64,000 nucleotides of DNA from Mobula birostris. Taxonomy: Eukaryota. The notes below the pieces were generated by a model, which was not told where the DNA came from, did not search any database, and saw only the letters and a list, made by a program, of their open reading frames with translations. Below, one piece after another: positions 39,373-51,255 of this stretch. A program made the position numbers and the translations under genes. The DNA lies in contig NC_092377.1 in the NCBI RefSeq assembly GCF_030028105.1, positions 138,486,104 to 138,550,103 of the forward strand. Direction: 5' to 3'. Position 1 is the first letter of the stretch, and every line of letters begins with the position of its first letter.

Positions 39373-39789
39373 ATTATTATTGTTATTATTACTATTATTA
39401 TTTTTATAAATTATCCATGCAGGTTCTTTAACCTCTCATTTTGGCAGTCTAGGCTACCCACCTTCTTTAAGCAAACTTCAAACATACTAGTGCTCATGAG
39501 TTGAGAGTTAGGGGGCAAAAGTTTAGGGGTAACATGAGGGGGAACTTCTTTACTCAGAGAGTAGTAGCTGTGTAGAACGAGCTGCCAGCAGAAGTGTTAG
39601 AGGCAGGTTCGATATTGTCATTTAAAGTAAAATTGGATAGGTATATGGACAGGAAAGGAATGGAGGGTTATGGGCTGAGTGCAGGTCGGTGGGACTAGGT
39701 GAGAGTGAGCGTTTGGCATGGACTAGAAGGGCCAAGATGACCTGTTTCTGTGCTGTAATTGTTATATGGTTATACGGTTATAAGAACGT

Positions 39790-41170
39790 GGTAACCTGCC
39801 TCAATGACTATTGTGCAGCAGCACAGTGATGAAGTACTTTGAGAGGCTGGTCATGAAGCATATCAACTCCTGCCTTTGGCGTGACTTGAATCCGCTCCAA
39901 TTTGCCTACTGTCACAATGGGTCAACAGCAAATGCCATTTCATTGGCTCTTCAATCAGCCCTGGAACATCTGGAGAGTGAAGATACATACATCAGCTTGC
40001 TCTTCATTGATTAGAGCTCTGCATTCAACATTATCATGTCCTCAAAACCAATCAATAAGTTCTAAGACCTGTGCCTGGATGCCACCTTATGCATCTAGAT
40101 CCTCGTTTTCCTCACTTGCAGACCCTAGTCAGTTCGGATTGGCAACAACATCTCCTCCATAATCCCCATCAGCACAGGAGCACCACAAGGCTGTGAGCTT
40201 AACCCCCTGCTCTACTCACTTTATACTTTTGACTGTGAGGCCAATGCCATATTCAAGTTTGCAGACGGAACCGCTGTTGTTGGCCGAATCAAAGGTGGTG
40301 ATGAATCAGGATATTGGAGGAGAATGGCTCCACGACATCAGCCTCTCCCTCTTCATCAGTAAAACCAACAAGCTGATAGTTCATTACTGGAGGAGTGCAC
40401 CAGAGGTCCATGAGCCAGTCCTCATCAGGGGGTCGGAGGTGGAGGGGGTCAGTAACTTTAAATCCTTTGACCTTATCATTTCAGATGATGTATACTGGGA
40501 TCAGCATGACAGTGCCATTACAAAGAAGGTAAGGCAGTCCCTTTGCTTTCTTAGAAGTTTGTACAGATTTGGCATGTCATTTAAAGTTTTGACAAGTTTC
40601 TGCAGATGTGCTGTGGAGAGTATCCTGACTGGTTTCATCATGGCCTGGTATGGAAATACCAATGGCCATGAACAGAAAAGCCTATGAATAGTAATGGATA
40701 CAGCCCAGTCCATCACAGGAATAGCCCTCCCCACCAGTGAGCACCTCTACAAAGACTGCTGCCACAAGAAAGCAGCATCCATCATCAAGGACCCCCACCA
40801 TCCAGGCCGTGCTCTCTTCTCACTGCTGCCATCAGGAAGGAGGTACAGGAGCCATGGCTCCCACACCATCAGGTTCACAAACAGTTATTATCCTTCAACC
40901 TTCAGGTTCCTGAACCAGTATGGATAACTTTATTCACCTCAACACTGAATTGTTCCACAATCTCTGGACTCATATCGTCAATGTTATTATTGTTATTATT
41001 TGTTTTTTATTTTGTAAGTGCACAATTTGCCTTCTTAGTCATATTGGCTGTATGTCCATCTTTGTGTGCAGATTTTCTTTGATTCTTTATATCTACTGCG
41101 AAAGCCCGCAAGAAAATAAATCTCAGGGTCATATATGTACTTTGATGTAAAACATGACTTTGAACTTTGA
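39790..41170 (+). mobile_element. Rex1/Babar LINE, truncated
   Basis: STVMKYFERLV...PLQFAY...LLFID, LLPSGRRYRS...NSYYPSTFRFLN; tail actttgaactttga. Confidence 0.9.
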
Positions 41171-41389
41171 ATTCCCCTCACAGGTAATATTCTCCCACTA
41201 ATTCCTTGTATTCTTGCTCCCCCTCCCATATGAAGGTTATGAAGAACTGGGGATGAAACAGTTCTCTCAGTCCTGTGTGTGTATTAATGCAGGAGTTGGA
41301 GCATAGATTCTCAGGGAATATATGAAATGGAAGCAGGAGGCGGTCATACAGCCCATCAAGTCTGCTCTGCTCTTCAATGGTGAATCACT

Positions 41390-42200
41390 GTCCTACATGA
41401 CGTGGAATTTATTGTTTAGCGGCAGCAGTACAACACAAAGATACTATGAAATACAAGAAAAATAAAAAGAGCAAACTAAAAGGAATAATGAGATAGTGTT
41501 CATGGGTTCATGGAGCATTGAGAAAGCTGGCAGCGGAGGGGAGGAAGAGGAGGGAGGAAGGGGAGGGGAGGAAGAGGAGGGAGGAAGGGGAGGGGAGGAG
41601 GAGAGGCAGCGGAGGGGAGGAAGCTATCCCTGAGTCACCATGTGTAGGTCTTTGCACTCCTGTTCCTCCTGCCTGGCAGTAATAATGAGAAGAGGACATA
41701 TTCTGGATAGTGAAAGCATATCCTTCAGTGATGGATGCCTCCTCTTTGAGGCTCCATCTCTTGAAGACATTGTTGATGATGGGGAGGGTTTTCCCAGTGG
41801 TGGAGCTGAATGAATCCATGACCCTCTGCAGACTCTTTCTGTACGTTAGAGTTTCCAAACCACGTAGTAAAGCAGCCAGTCAGAATGGTCTACACCATAC
41901 ATCTGTAGAAACTTGCAAGAGTTTTTGTTGACATACCAAACCTCCGCAAGCTCCTAATGAAGTAGAGCTGCTGGCTTGCCTTCTTTGTAGATGTGTTGGC
42001 TCCCAGACAGATCCTCAGAGATGTTGACACCCAGGAACGAACTGCTCACCCTTTCCATGACTGACCTCGCAATGAAGACTGGCATGTGTTCTCCCGACTT
42101 CCCCTTCCTAAAGTCCACAATCAATTCCTTGGTCTTGCTAATGTAGAGTGTGAGGTTGTTGTTGTGACATCACTCAACCAGCTGATCTATCTCACTCCTT
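41390..42200 (-). mobile_element. Rex1 LINE 3' fragment with internal purine-rich repeat (41535-41622)
   Basis: KSLQRVMDS...TGKTLP remnant; GGAGGGGAGGAAGAGGAG-type expansion. Confidence 0.75.
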
Positions 42201-42622
42201 GAATGGTGGAGCAGACTCAACAGGCTGAATGGCCTACTTCTGCTCCTATATCTTATGGTCTTCTGGTCTCATAGGCATCCCATAAAGATAATAACAGTGG
42301 ATTATATATTTTTCACAGTGTACAATAATCCAGTGAAATAGGCTTGGTTCCAATATTAACTAATACACATATCTCTCTGTAAAAATCTTACTGAAACACA
42401 GAAGATTCTGGGGGCTGCATTGAGAATGTTCCTTCTCCTGGCGGAACCTAGAATGAAGTTTGACAACTTCATAATAAAGGGTCTCCTATTTAGGATGAAA
42501 ATGTAGAAAATTTTCTTCGCTCAGAGAAATGGAAATCTTTGGAAGTCTTCACCCCAAAGTACTCCGGAGGGTGAAGTGCAAAATATATCTAAGACTGAAA
42601 TGGATTGACAAGACACTTAAGT

Positions 42623-42922
42623 GTGGTGCATGGCCAAGTGGTTAGGGCATTGGACTCACAATGTAAAGGTCATGGGTTCGAGTCTTGGCCAGGGCAGCAT
42701 GTTGTGTCTTTGAGCAAGGCACTTAACCACACACTGCTCCAGTCCACCCAGCTGAAAATGGGTACCAGCAAATGCTGGGGGTTAACCTCATGATAGACTG
42801 TCCTCCTATCTGAGGGGGAGGGTGTCGGGGGAAGTCTTGTACTCTCAGTTGCTTTGCGCCACAGAAACTGGCATAAGCACCAGCCTGATGGGCCACAAGG
42901 CTCGGGACAGACTTTAACTTTA
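42623..42922 (+). mobile_element. tRNA-derived SINE (V-SINE-like body) inside a CR1 fragment
   Basis: A box TGGCCAAGTGG, B box GTTCGAGTC, central gtgtctttgagcaaggcacttaacc, tail gactttaactttaa. Confidence 0.85.
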
Positions 42923-44217
42923 AATAGAAGAATAAAGGGTTATAGGGATTAGGCAGGAAAATGCCGCTGAGGTCAAGTACATATCAGCTAGAAACAGGCT
43001 AGGTGGATTAGCTCTATGATCTTGTGTTAAGACCTTTTGATATCATACTAATCCATTCATTATAGTGTTTCTTGAATGATACTACAGAAGGTGAGGGGGG
43101 GTAACTCCAAAGGAGATGTGAGGGACACCTTTTTTTTTTAACACAGAGAGTTGTGGATGCCTGGAATGCACTGCTTGGGGCGGTGGTAGAGGCAGATACA
43201 TTGGAGACTTTAAGAGACGTTAAGATAGGCACGTGAATGTGAGGAGAATGGAAGGATATGAATGTTGTGCAGACAGAGAGGATTAGTTAGTTGGCCATCT
43301 GATTTCTAATCAAACTGGTTCAGCACAACATAATGGGCTGAAGGGCCTGTTCCTGAGCTGTACTGTTTGGTGTTCTATGGTCTAAGGTAAAATCATTCAG
43401 GTGTTTGATATATTTGTCCAATATTCTGTCATTTCTGTTACAGCTAAATGTAGATATTCATACTTAATCTGCTACACTTGTAATTGTCCTTGGGGAAATT
43501 GCCAATTCTTCAGAGCAATTATGAAATTTCCTTCTAGCTGGCATCTTTCCATAATGAAAGGATGACAGTCCTTGCATCATCTGTTACAGCAGGTGCTGGC
43601 TGTTTCTGCTAACTATCCATAGATTCCTCTTCTACCTTTAACCCATTACTATCAACTCATTAACTTGACCATCAAGTTTAATTGGCGAAATGCTTGCGTT
43701 ACGCAGCTTTAGAGGTGGAGCTCAAGGCACCCATCAACTCATTCAATGAAGCATAAGAGGGGCTCGATGTTCCATCCAACATCTGCAAGGCCAAGGTCCT
43801 CTGTCAACCTGGCCCTGCTGCCCGATACTGCTCTCCAACAGAAAAGGTTCATGATAAGAACCAGGGAAAAAATGGACCATCTCCCACATCTTGGGAGCTA
43901 CCTCTCACTGAAGGCAGTTACCGTTGACTAAACTTATTTATCATTCTCAATCCACTGACTTTGCTTGATGGAGGGAAAGAATGTTTTGAGTTTGGCACAA
44001 GACTTACAAATGACCTGTCTCCTGTGCCTCTGAGACCTCTTTCAATCCCTCTTCCTGGAGGTACTGCCGTGTTCTTGGATACTTAATTCTACCTCTCTTC
44101 ATTCAAGGTTCAAGATAAACTACCCTTATTATCAAAGAATGCAAAAATTATACCATCTTGAGATTTGCATGCTCACAGGTAGCCACAAAGCAAGAAACGC
44201 AAAAAAACCCAATTTAA

Positions 44218-45340
44218 AGTTGAGAAAGGCTTGTTGAGAAAGTAAAGAGGCATGGGATCCAAGGGGACATTGCTTTGTGGATCCAGGATTAGCTTGCCCA
44301 CAGAAGGCAAAGAGTGGTTGTAGGTGGGTCTTATTCTGCATGGAGGTCAGTCATCAGTGGAGTGCCTTAGGGATCTGTTCTGGGACCCTTACTCATCATG
44401 AGTTTTATAAATGAACTGGATGAGGAAGTGGAGGGATGGGTTAGTAAGTTTGCTGATGACACAAAGGTTGGAGGTGTTGTGGATAGTGTGGAGGGCTGTC
44501 AGTGGTTACAGCGGGACAGTGATAGGATGCAAAACTGGTCTGAAAAATGGCAGATGGAGTTCAACCCGGATAAGTGTGAAGTGGTTCATTTTGGTAGGTC
44601 AAATATGATGGCAGAATATCGTTTTAACGGTAAGACCCTTGGCAGTGTGGAGGATCAGAGGGATCTTGGGGTCCGAGTCCATAGAACACTCAAAGCTGTT
44701 GTGCACTGGCCTTCATCAATCATGGAATTGAGTTTAGGAGCAGAGAGGTAATGTTGCAGCTATATAGGACCCTGGTCAGACCCCACTTGGAGTACTGTGC
44801 TCAGTTCTGGTCACCTCACTACAGGAGGGATGCGGAAACCATAGAAAGGATGCAGAAGAAATTTACAGGGATGTTGCCTGGATTGGGGAGCATGCCCTAT
44901 GAGAATAGGTTAGATTGAATGAACAGGTTGGGTGAACTTGGCCTTTTCTCCTTGGAGTGATGGAGGATGAGAGGTGACCTGATAGAGGTGTATAAGATGA
45001 TGAGGGCATTGACCGTGTAGATAGTCAGAGGCTTTTTCCTAGGGCTGAAATGGCTAGCATGAAAGGGCATAGTTTTAAGGTGTTTGGAAGTAGGTACAGA
45101 GGAGATATCAGGGTAAGTTTTTTATCAGAGAGTGGTGAGTGCGTGGAATGAGCTGCTGGTGACAGTGGTGGAAGCAGATACGATAGGTTTTTTAAGAGAC
45201 TCCTGGATAGGTAGATGAAGCTTAGAAAATAGAGGGCTCTGGCTAACCCTGGGTAATTTCTAAGGTAAGGACATGCTTGGCACAACTTTGTAGGCCAAAG
45301 AGCCTGTTGTGCTGTAGGTTTTCTACAAACATATGTTTCT
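44218..45340 (+). mobile_element. CR1 LINE, 5'-truncated
   Basis: GVP*GSVLGP, FINELDEEVEGWVSKFADDTK, WQMEFNPDKCEVVHFG, LVRPHLEYCAQFWSPHY. Confidence 0.93.
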
Positions 45341-45412
45341 AAAAGGAAAAAATTACAAAAATAAAAAAAACACTCAATGTGCAAGAGAAATTTAAAAAAA
45401 TACAAATCATGT

Positions 45413-45940
45413 ATCTCTTTCACCTCAGACAGTTGAGGGAGTTTGGTATGGGCCCCCAAATCCTAAGGACTTTCTACAGGAGCACAATTGAGAGCATCCT
45501 GACTGGCTGGATCACTGCTTGGTATGGGAACTGTAATTCCCTCAATCGCAGGACTCTGCAGAGAGTGGTACAGACAGCCCAGCACATCTGTAGATGTGAA
45601 CTTCCCATGATTCAGGACAGTTACAAAGACAGATATGAAAAAAAGGGCCCGAAGGATCACTGGGGACCTAAGCCACCCATCCATAATCTATTCCTGTTGC
45701 TACCGTCCGGGAAACGGTACCACAGCATAAAAGCCAGAACCAACAGGCTCTGGAACAGCTTCTTCCACCAGGCCATCAGACTGATTAAGTCACATTGACT
45801 TGAGTGTATTTTTATGTTACATTGACTGTTGTATTTATCATAAATCACTATGATTGCACATTGCACATTTAAATGGAGATGTAACGTAAAGATTTTTATT
45901 CCTCATGTATGTGAAAGATGTAAGAAATAAAGTCAATTTA
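45413..45940 (+). mobile_element. Rex1 LINE 3' fragment
   Basis: FYRSTIESILTGWITAWYGN...LLPSGKRYHSIKARTNRLWNSFFHQAIRL. Confidence 0.9.
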
Positions 45941-46046
45941 ATTGTAAATAATTGAAGAAAACAACAGCATTTCAAACCAAAATTGAGTCCTTCGATCCGA
46001 AACCCAGAGCAGCCTAGAGTAGGCCCAAAGCCTCACTTATCAGTTC

Positions 46047-46555
46047 CAGACATCCCAGCTCTCCCGGAAGTTCCAGGAGTCTCCCCCGCCCCTCCCCCGC
46101 ATATTGATAGCGGCTCCCTGACGCCCGCAAATTATATATAATATCCCAGAAATTGAATATTTTGAGAGCGAGCGAGAGAGAGCATGAGAGAGCGAGAGCG
46201 CCATGGCAGAGTGTTCCAAAAAAAGAAAATATAAAACACACTTCACCCCAGACTACACTAAAGTGTACCTCTGCCTAATAGGGTTCAAAAATAATGACAG
46301 GTTTGCTTGCTGCACTATTTGCAACAGTGACTTTTCTGTTGCCCATGGTGGGTTAAGACTGTAAAAGACATGTTGAGGTGAGTTTAACAGGTGTCATTCG
46401 TTCATTAGCATAGCTAACGTTATTTAAACTAGCTGGCTGGCTGCTAAGGAGCTACTCTATTGCAGACATCCCACCTCTCCCGGAAGTTCCGGGAGTCTCC
46501 CGCAAATTGATGGTGCTACCTCCCTGAAATGAGTTTTTGCAGGGTGGGATGTCTG
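46047..46555 (+). mobile_element. Non-autonomous hAT-like DNA transposon with 6-bp TSD and zinc-finger exon remnant
   Basis: TIR CAGACATCCCA(G/C)C...GGTGGGATGTCTG; CAGTTC at 46041-46046 and 46556-46561; ATG 46203 gives MAECSKKRKYKTHF...CCTICNSDFSVAHGGL/DCKRHVE then GTGAGT at 46378. Confidence 0.8.
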
Positions 46556-47324
46556 CAGTTCATCATATTAGTGAGATTGTTTGCTTATCATCACTTTTTA
46601 TACACTTCAGATTGCAGTACTACTGTATAATATTTTGTGCCATTCCACTGTTCTGTGCTCATAGTTGTATTTATTGTTGTATTCACTATTAATATCAATG
46701 CTGTTTACTCTGTAGGCTACACACAAGCAAGAAATTCCATTGCACCCTTGTGTCTATGACATCTACTCTGAATCTGAAGGAACAGATGCTGGATAAAACT
46801 CAGTGGCTCAAGCAGCATCTAGGAAGGGAAGTCAACTGTTGATGAACCTGACCTGCTGAGTTCCTCCAGCATCTTCTCTATTGCTCGAGGTTCCAGCATC
46901 TGTACTCTCTTTTGTGGCTCTATCCTCAATCTGAGTTGAAGGGGACCCAAAAACTAAAGGGCAGAGAGTTCCGGTGAGAGGCGGAAGTTTTAAGAGACCT
47001 CAGGGGCAACCTCTTCACATAGAGGATGGTTTGGGCTGCAAAGGTGGTCCAATAACATCATCTAAGTATATGGATGGGTGACGTTTAGAGTGCTGAAGGT
47101 CAAAGGTGGACAAATGGAACTAGTTTGGTGGGTACCATGAACAAATTGGGCTGAAGGGTCTGGTTCAATGCCGTTTTATTACTCAGTGACTCTAAATTAT
47201 GATATGTTTACTGAATTTGAACAACAAGTTGGCTTCAGGTGAAAATTGCTTCATGGTGTTCCCATGCAGTGACATTTTCCTTTTAGTTACCTGTCCCCTA
47301 GCATTATTTAAACAAGGCCATTTA

Positions 47325-47950
47325 CAAGAAGGGGAGGAGCAGACTCTATTTTCCAATGAAAATGAGATCCTTCAATGTGTGCAGCAGGTTGTTGGAGATC
47401 TTTTACCAGTCTGTTGTAGCAAATGCAGTCTTGTTTGTGGCTTTATGTTGGGGGAGCAGCATTGGCGCTGGTGATGCAAAAAGACTAAATAAGCTCATCA
47501 AAATGGCTGGATTTGTCCTAGGCTACATCCCGGACTCTTCTGAGTTAGTGGTGGAGAGGAGGTCACTAAACAAATTGTTATCCATTATGGAAAATCAGGC
47601 ACATGATCCTCTCCATGACCTACTGAATAAGCAGCGGATCATCCTTTGGAACAGATTCATTCAGCTCCGCTGTCACAAGGATCATTACAGAAAATCTTTC
47701 CTACAAATGTAATAATCATATACATCAGTTCATATCTGTGCGACAGGAGAACACACATCACAGCACAATAGTCTCTGCTTTATTATTTAACACATTATTG
47801 CACATTGGTAAATTATTATCATGTATATTATTATTCTGTACTTTATTATTAGTTAACATTATTATTATTGCTAAGTGTGTTTTAGAATGCTGCTGCTGTA
47901 ACGAAATAATTTCCCACTCGGGATCAACAAAGTACTTATTATTATTATTA
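47325..47950 (+). mobile_element. Rex1-family LINE 3' fragment
   Basis: RSFNVCSRLLEIFYQSVVANAVLF...KRLNKLIKMAG...RKSFL; (ATT)n tail. Confidence 0.85.
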
Positions 47951-47999
47951 ATTTGTTGTGTAATCACGAAATTTGTAGACGTCTCCTAGCTCCCAAATG

Positions 48000-48430
48000 A
48001 AGCCACGCCGGCCATTGGTTTCTTTCCCAGTCCTACGTCACAAAGGGACGGGTCAATTGAAGTAAAGTGTCAATCTTAACTCCTGCCTTTTGATTGGAGA
48101 GCTGGACTGTCAATTATTCGCGCCGGCCGCTGTGACGCGCTGGGTGGGCTGAGGCGCGCGGCCGCTTGACGGTTGCCCCCCCCTCAGCCCCAGCCCAGGT
48201 GGTCGTTCCGTCACGGGCCGGTCGGTTGGTCGTCTGGCGCGGCGGCCGCTCTGCCACCGGGAGCCGGGTGTCGGCGGAAGCGCCACATGGGCGGGCTTTG
48301 GCGGGTGAGTGTCAACAGAACGAGGGCGGGGCGAAAGCCCGGGTGGGAAGGGTTAGGCAAATACCGGGGAGTCAGGGGCGGCTCGGCCGGCTGGGTAGGG
48401 AGAGGGAGGGAGACCGGTGGGGGAAGATGG
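48000..48430 (+). promoter_or_regulatory. LETM2: CpG-island promoter of LETM2
   Basis: CpG/GC-dense island. ATTGG at 48014 and 48093, CRE-like TACGTCA at 48034, TGTCAAT (Pbx/Prep-like) at 48068 and 48108, CGGAAG at ~48275, GGGCGGGG at ~48324. Confidence 0.8.
48130..48304 (+). other. LETM2: Predicted exon 1 (5'UTR) of LETM2, TSS uncertain
   Basis: Consensus donor GCGG|GTGAGT at 48304/48305 within the CpG island. Confidence 0.65.
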
Positions 48431-48477
48431 GGAAGTGGTTCGTAGTGGGGAAGGGTGCAGGGGCAAGGCGTCCATAG

Positions 48478-51255
48478 GGAAGGGGTTTGTGGGGGGAAGA
48501 CTATAGGGAGAGGGGTTCGCGGGGAAGGCTGTAGGGGGAGGGGTTTGTGAGGGGAAGGCTGTAGGGGGAGGGGTTTGTGGGGGGAAGGCTGTAGGGGGAG
48601 GGGTTTGTGAGGGGAAGGCTGTAGGGGGAGGGGTTTGTGGGGGAAAGCTGTAGGGGGAGGGGTTTGTGGGGGGAAGGGGTTTGTGGCGGGGAAGGCTGTA
48701 GGGGGAGGCTGTAGGGGGGAGGGGTTTGTGGGGGGAAGACTATAGGGAGAGGGGTTCGCGGGGAAGGCTGTAGGGGAAGGGGTTTGTGGGGGGAAGGCTG
48801 TAGGGGGGAGGGGTTTGTGGGGGGAAGGCTGTAGGGGGAGGGGTTCGCGGGGAAGGCTGTAGGGGAAGGGATTTGTGGGGGAAGGCTGTAGGGGGGAGGG
48901 GTTTGTGGCGGGGAAGGCTGTAGGGGGGAGGGGTTTGTGGGGGGAAGGCTGTAGGGGGAGGGGTTCGCGGGGAAGGCTGTAGGGGAAGGGATTTGTGGGG
49001 GAAGGCTGTAGGGGGGAGGGGTTTGTGGGGGGAAGGCTGTAGGGGGAGGGGTTCGCGGGGAAGGCTGTAGGGGGGATTTGTGGGGGAAGGCTGTAGAGGG
49101 AGGGGTTTGTGGCGGGGAAGGCTGTAGGGGGAGGGGTTTGTGGGGGAAGGCTGTAGGTGGAGGGGTTTGTGGGGGAAGACTGTAGGGGGAGGGGTTTGTG
49201 GGGGAAAGCTGTAGGGGGAGGGGTTTGTGCGGGGAAGGCTGTAGGAGGAGAGGTTTGTGCGGGGAAGGCTGTGGGGGAAGGCTGTAGGGGGAGGGGTTTG
49301 TGGCGGGGAAGGCTGTAGGGGGTAGGGGTTCGCGGGAGAAGGCTGTAGGGGGAGGGGTTTGTGGGGATGGCTGTAGGGGAAGGGGTTTGTGGGTGGAAGG
49401 CTGTAGGGGGAGGGGTTTGTGGGGGAAGGCTGTAGGTGGAGGGGTTTGTGGGGGAAGACTATAGGGGGAGGGGTTCGCGGGGAAGGCTGTAGGGGGAAGG
49501 GGTTCGCGGGGAAGGCTGTAGGGGAAGGGATTCACGGGGGAAGGCTAGGGGAGGGGTTTGTGGGGGAAGGCTGTAGGAGGAGGGGTTTGTGGGGGGAAGG
49601 GGTTTGTGGCGGGGAAGGCTGTAGGGGGAGGGATTTGTGGGGGGAAGGCTGTAGGGGGAAGGGGTTTGTGGCTGGGAAGGCTACAGGGGAGGGTTTTGTG
49701 GTGGGGAAGGCTGTAGGGGGAAGGGGTTTGTGGCGTGGGAGGGGTTTGTGGGGGAAGGCTGTAGGGGAAGAGGTTCGTGGGGAAGGCTGTAGGGGAAGAG
49801 GTTCGTGGGGAAGGCTGTAGGGGGAAGAGATTCGCAGGGAAGGCTGTAGGGGGCAGGGGTTTGTGGGGGAAGGCTGTAGGGGAAGGGGTTTGTGGGGGAA
49901 GGCTGTAGGGGAAGGGGTTTGTGGGGGCAAGGCTGTAGGAGGAGGGGTTTGTGGGGGGAAGGCTGTAGGGGGAGGGGTTTGTGGCGGGGAAGGCTGTGGG
50001 GGGAAGGAGTTTGTGGCGGGGAAGGCTGTGGGGGAGGGGTTTGTGGCGGGGAAGGCTGTAGGGGAGGGGTTTGTGGCGGGGAAGGCTGTAGGGGGAAAGA
50101 GGTTCATGGGGAAGGCTGTAGGGGGAAGGGGTTTGTGGCGGGGAAGGCTGTAGGGGGAAGGAGTTGGTGGCGGGGAAGGCTGTGGGGGAAGGGGTTTGTG
50201 GCGGGGAAGGCTGTAGGGGGAAGGGGTTTGTGGCGGGGAAGGCTGTAGGGGGAGGGGTTTGTGGCGGGGAAGGCTGTAGGGGGAAGAGGTTCGCGGGGAA
50301 GGCTGTAGGGGAGGGGTTTATGGCGGGGAAGGCTGGAGGGGGAAGAGGTTCGCGGGGAAGGCTGTAGGGGGAGGGGTTTGTGGCGGGGAAGGCTGTAGGG
50401 GGAGGGGTTTGTGGCGGGGAAGGCTGTAGGGGGAAGGGGTTTGTGGTGGGGAAGGCTGTAGGGGGAGGGGTTTGTGGCGGGGAAGGCTGTAGGGGGAAGG
50501 GGTTTGTGGCGGGGAAGGCTGTAGGGGGAAGGAGTTTGTGGCGGGGAAGGCTGTAGGGGGAAGAGGTTCGCGGGGAAGGCTGTAGGGGAGGGGTTTATGG
50601 CGGGGAAGGCTGGAGGGGGAAGAGGTTCGCGGGGAAGGCTGTAGAGGGAGGTGTTTGTGGCGGGGAAGGCTGTAGGGGGAGGGGTTTGTGGCGGGGAAGG
50701 CTGTAGGGGGAAGGGGTTTGTGGTGGGGAAGGCTGTAGGGGGAGGGGTTTGTGGCGGGGAAGGCTGCAGGGGGAAGGGGTTTGTGGTGGGGAAGGCTGTA
50801 GGGGGAAGAGGTTCGCGGGGAAGGTTGTAGGGGAGGGGTTTATGGCGGGGAAGGCTGGAGGGGGAAGAGGTTCGCGGGGAAGGCTGTAGAGGGAGGTGTT
50901 TGTGGCGGGGAAGGCTGTAGGGGGAGGGGTTTGTGGCGGGGAAGGCTGTAGGGGGAGGGGTTTGTGGCGGGGAAGGCTGTAGGGGGAAGGGGTTTGTGGT
51001 GGGGAAGGCTGTAGGGGGAGGGGTTTGTGGCGGGGAAGGCTGTAGGGGGAGGGGTTTGTGGCGGGGAAGGCTGTAGGGGAAGAGGTTCGCGGGGAAGGCT
51101 GTAGGGGGAAGGGGTTTGTGGTGGGGAAGGCTGTAGGGGGAAGGGGTTTGTGGCGTGGAAGGCTGTAGGGGGAAGGGGTTTGTGGCGGGGAAGGCTGTAG
51201 GGGCAGGGGTTTGTGGCGGGGAAGGCTGTAGGGGAAGGGGTTTGTGGAGGAAGGG
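48478..51255 (+). repeat. G-rich minisatellite (~90 units of ~29-31 bp, consensus GGGGAAGGCTGTAGGGGGAGGGGTTTGTGGC)
   Basis: Directly visible tandem array with variant units (GTTCGC, GTTTATGGC, GACTAT) and extreme G-over-C skew. Confidence 0.97.

Noticed and set aside
48166-48477. GC-rich ORFs in the LETM2 island
   Set aside because: Stop-poor CpG-island sequence with non-ATG starts and no recognisable homology.
48478-51255. CRISPR array, telomeric repeat or Ig switch region
   Set aside because: No unique spacers or cas genes, no TTAGGG, almost no AGCT motifs, and the context is a eukaryotic intron.
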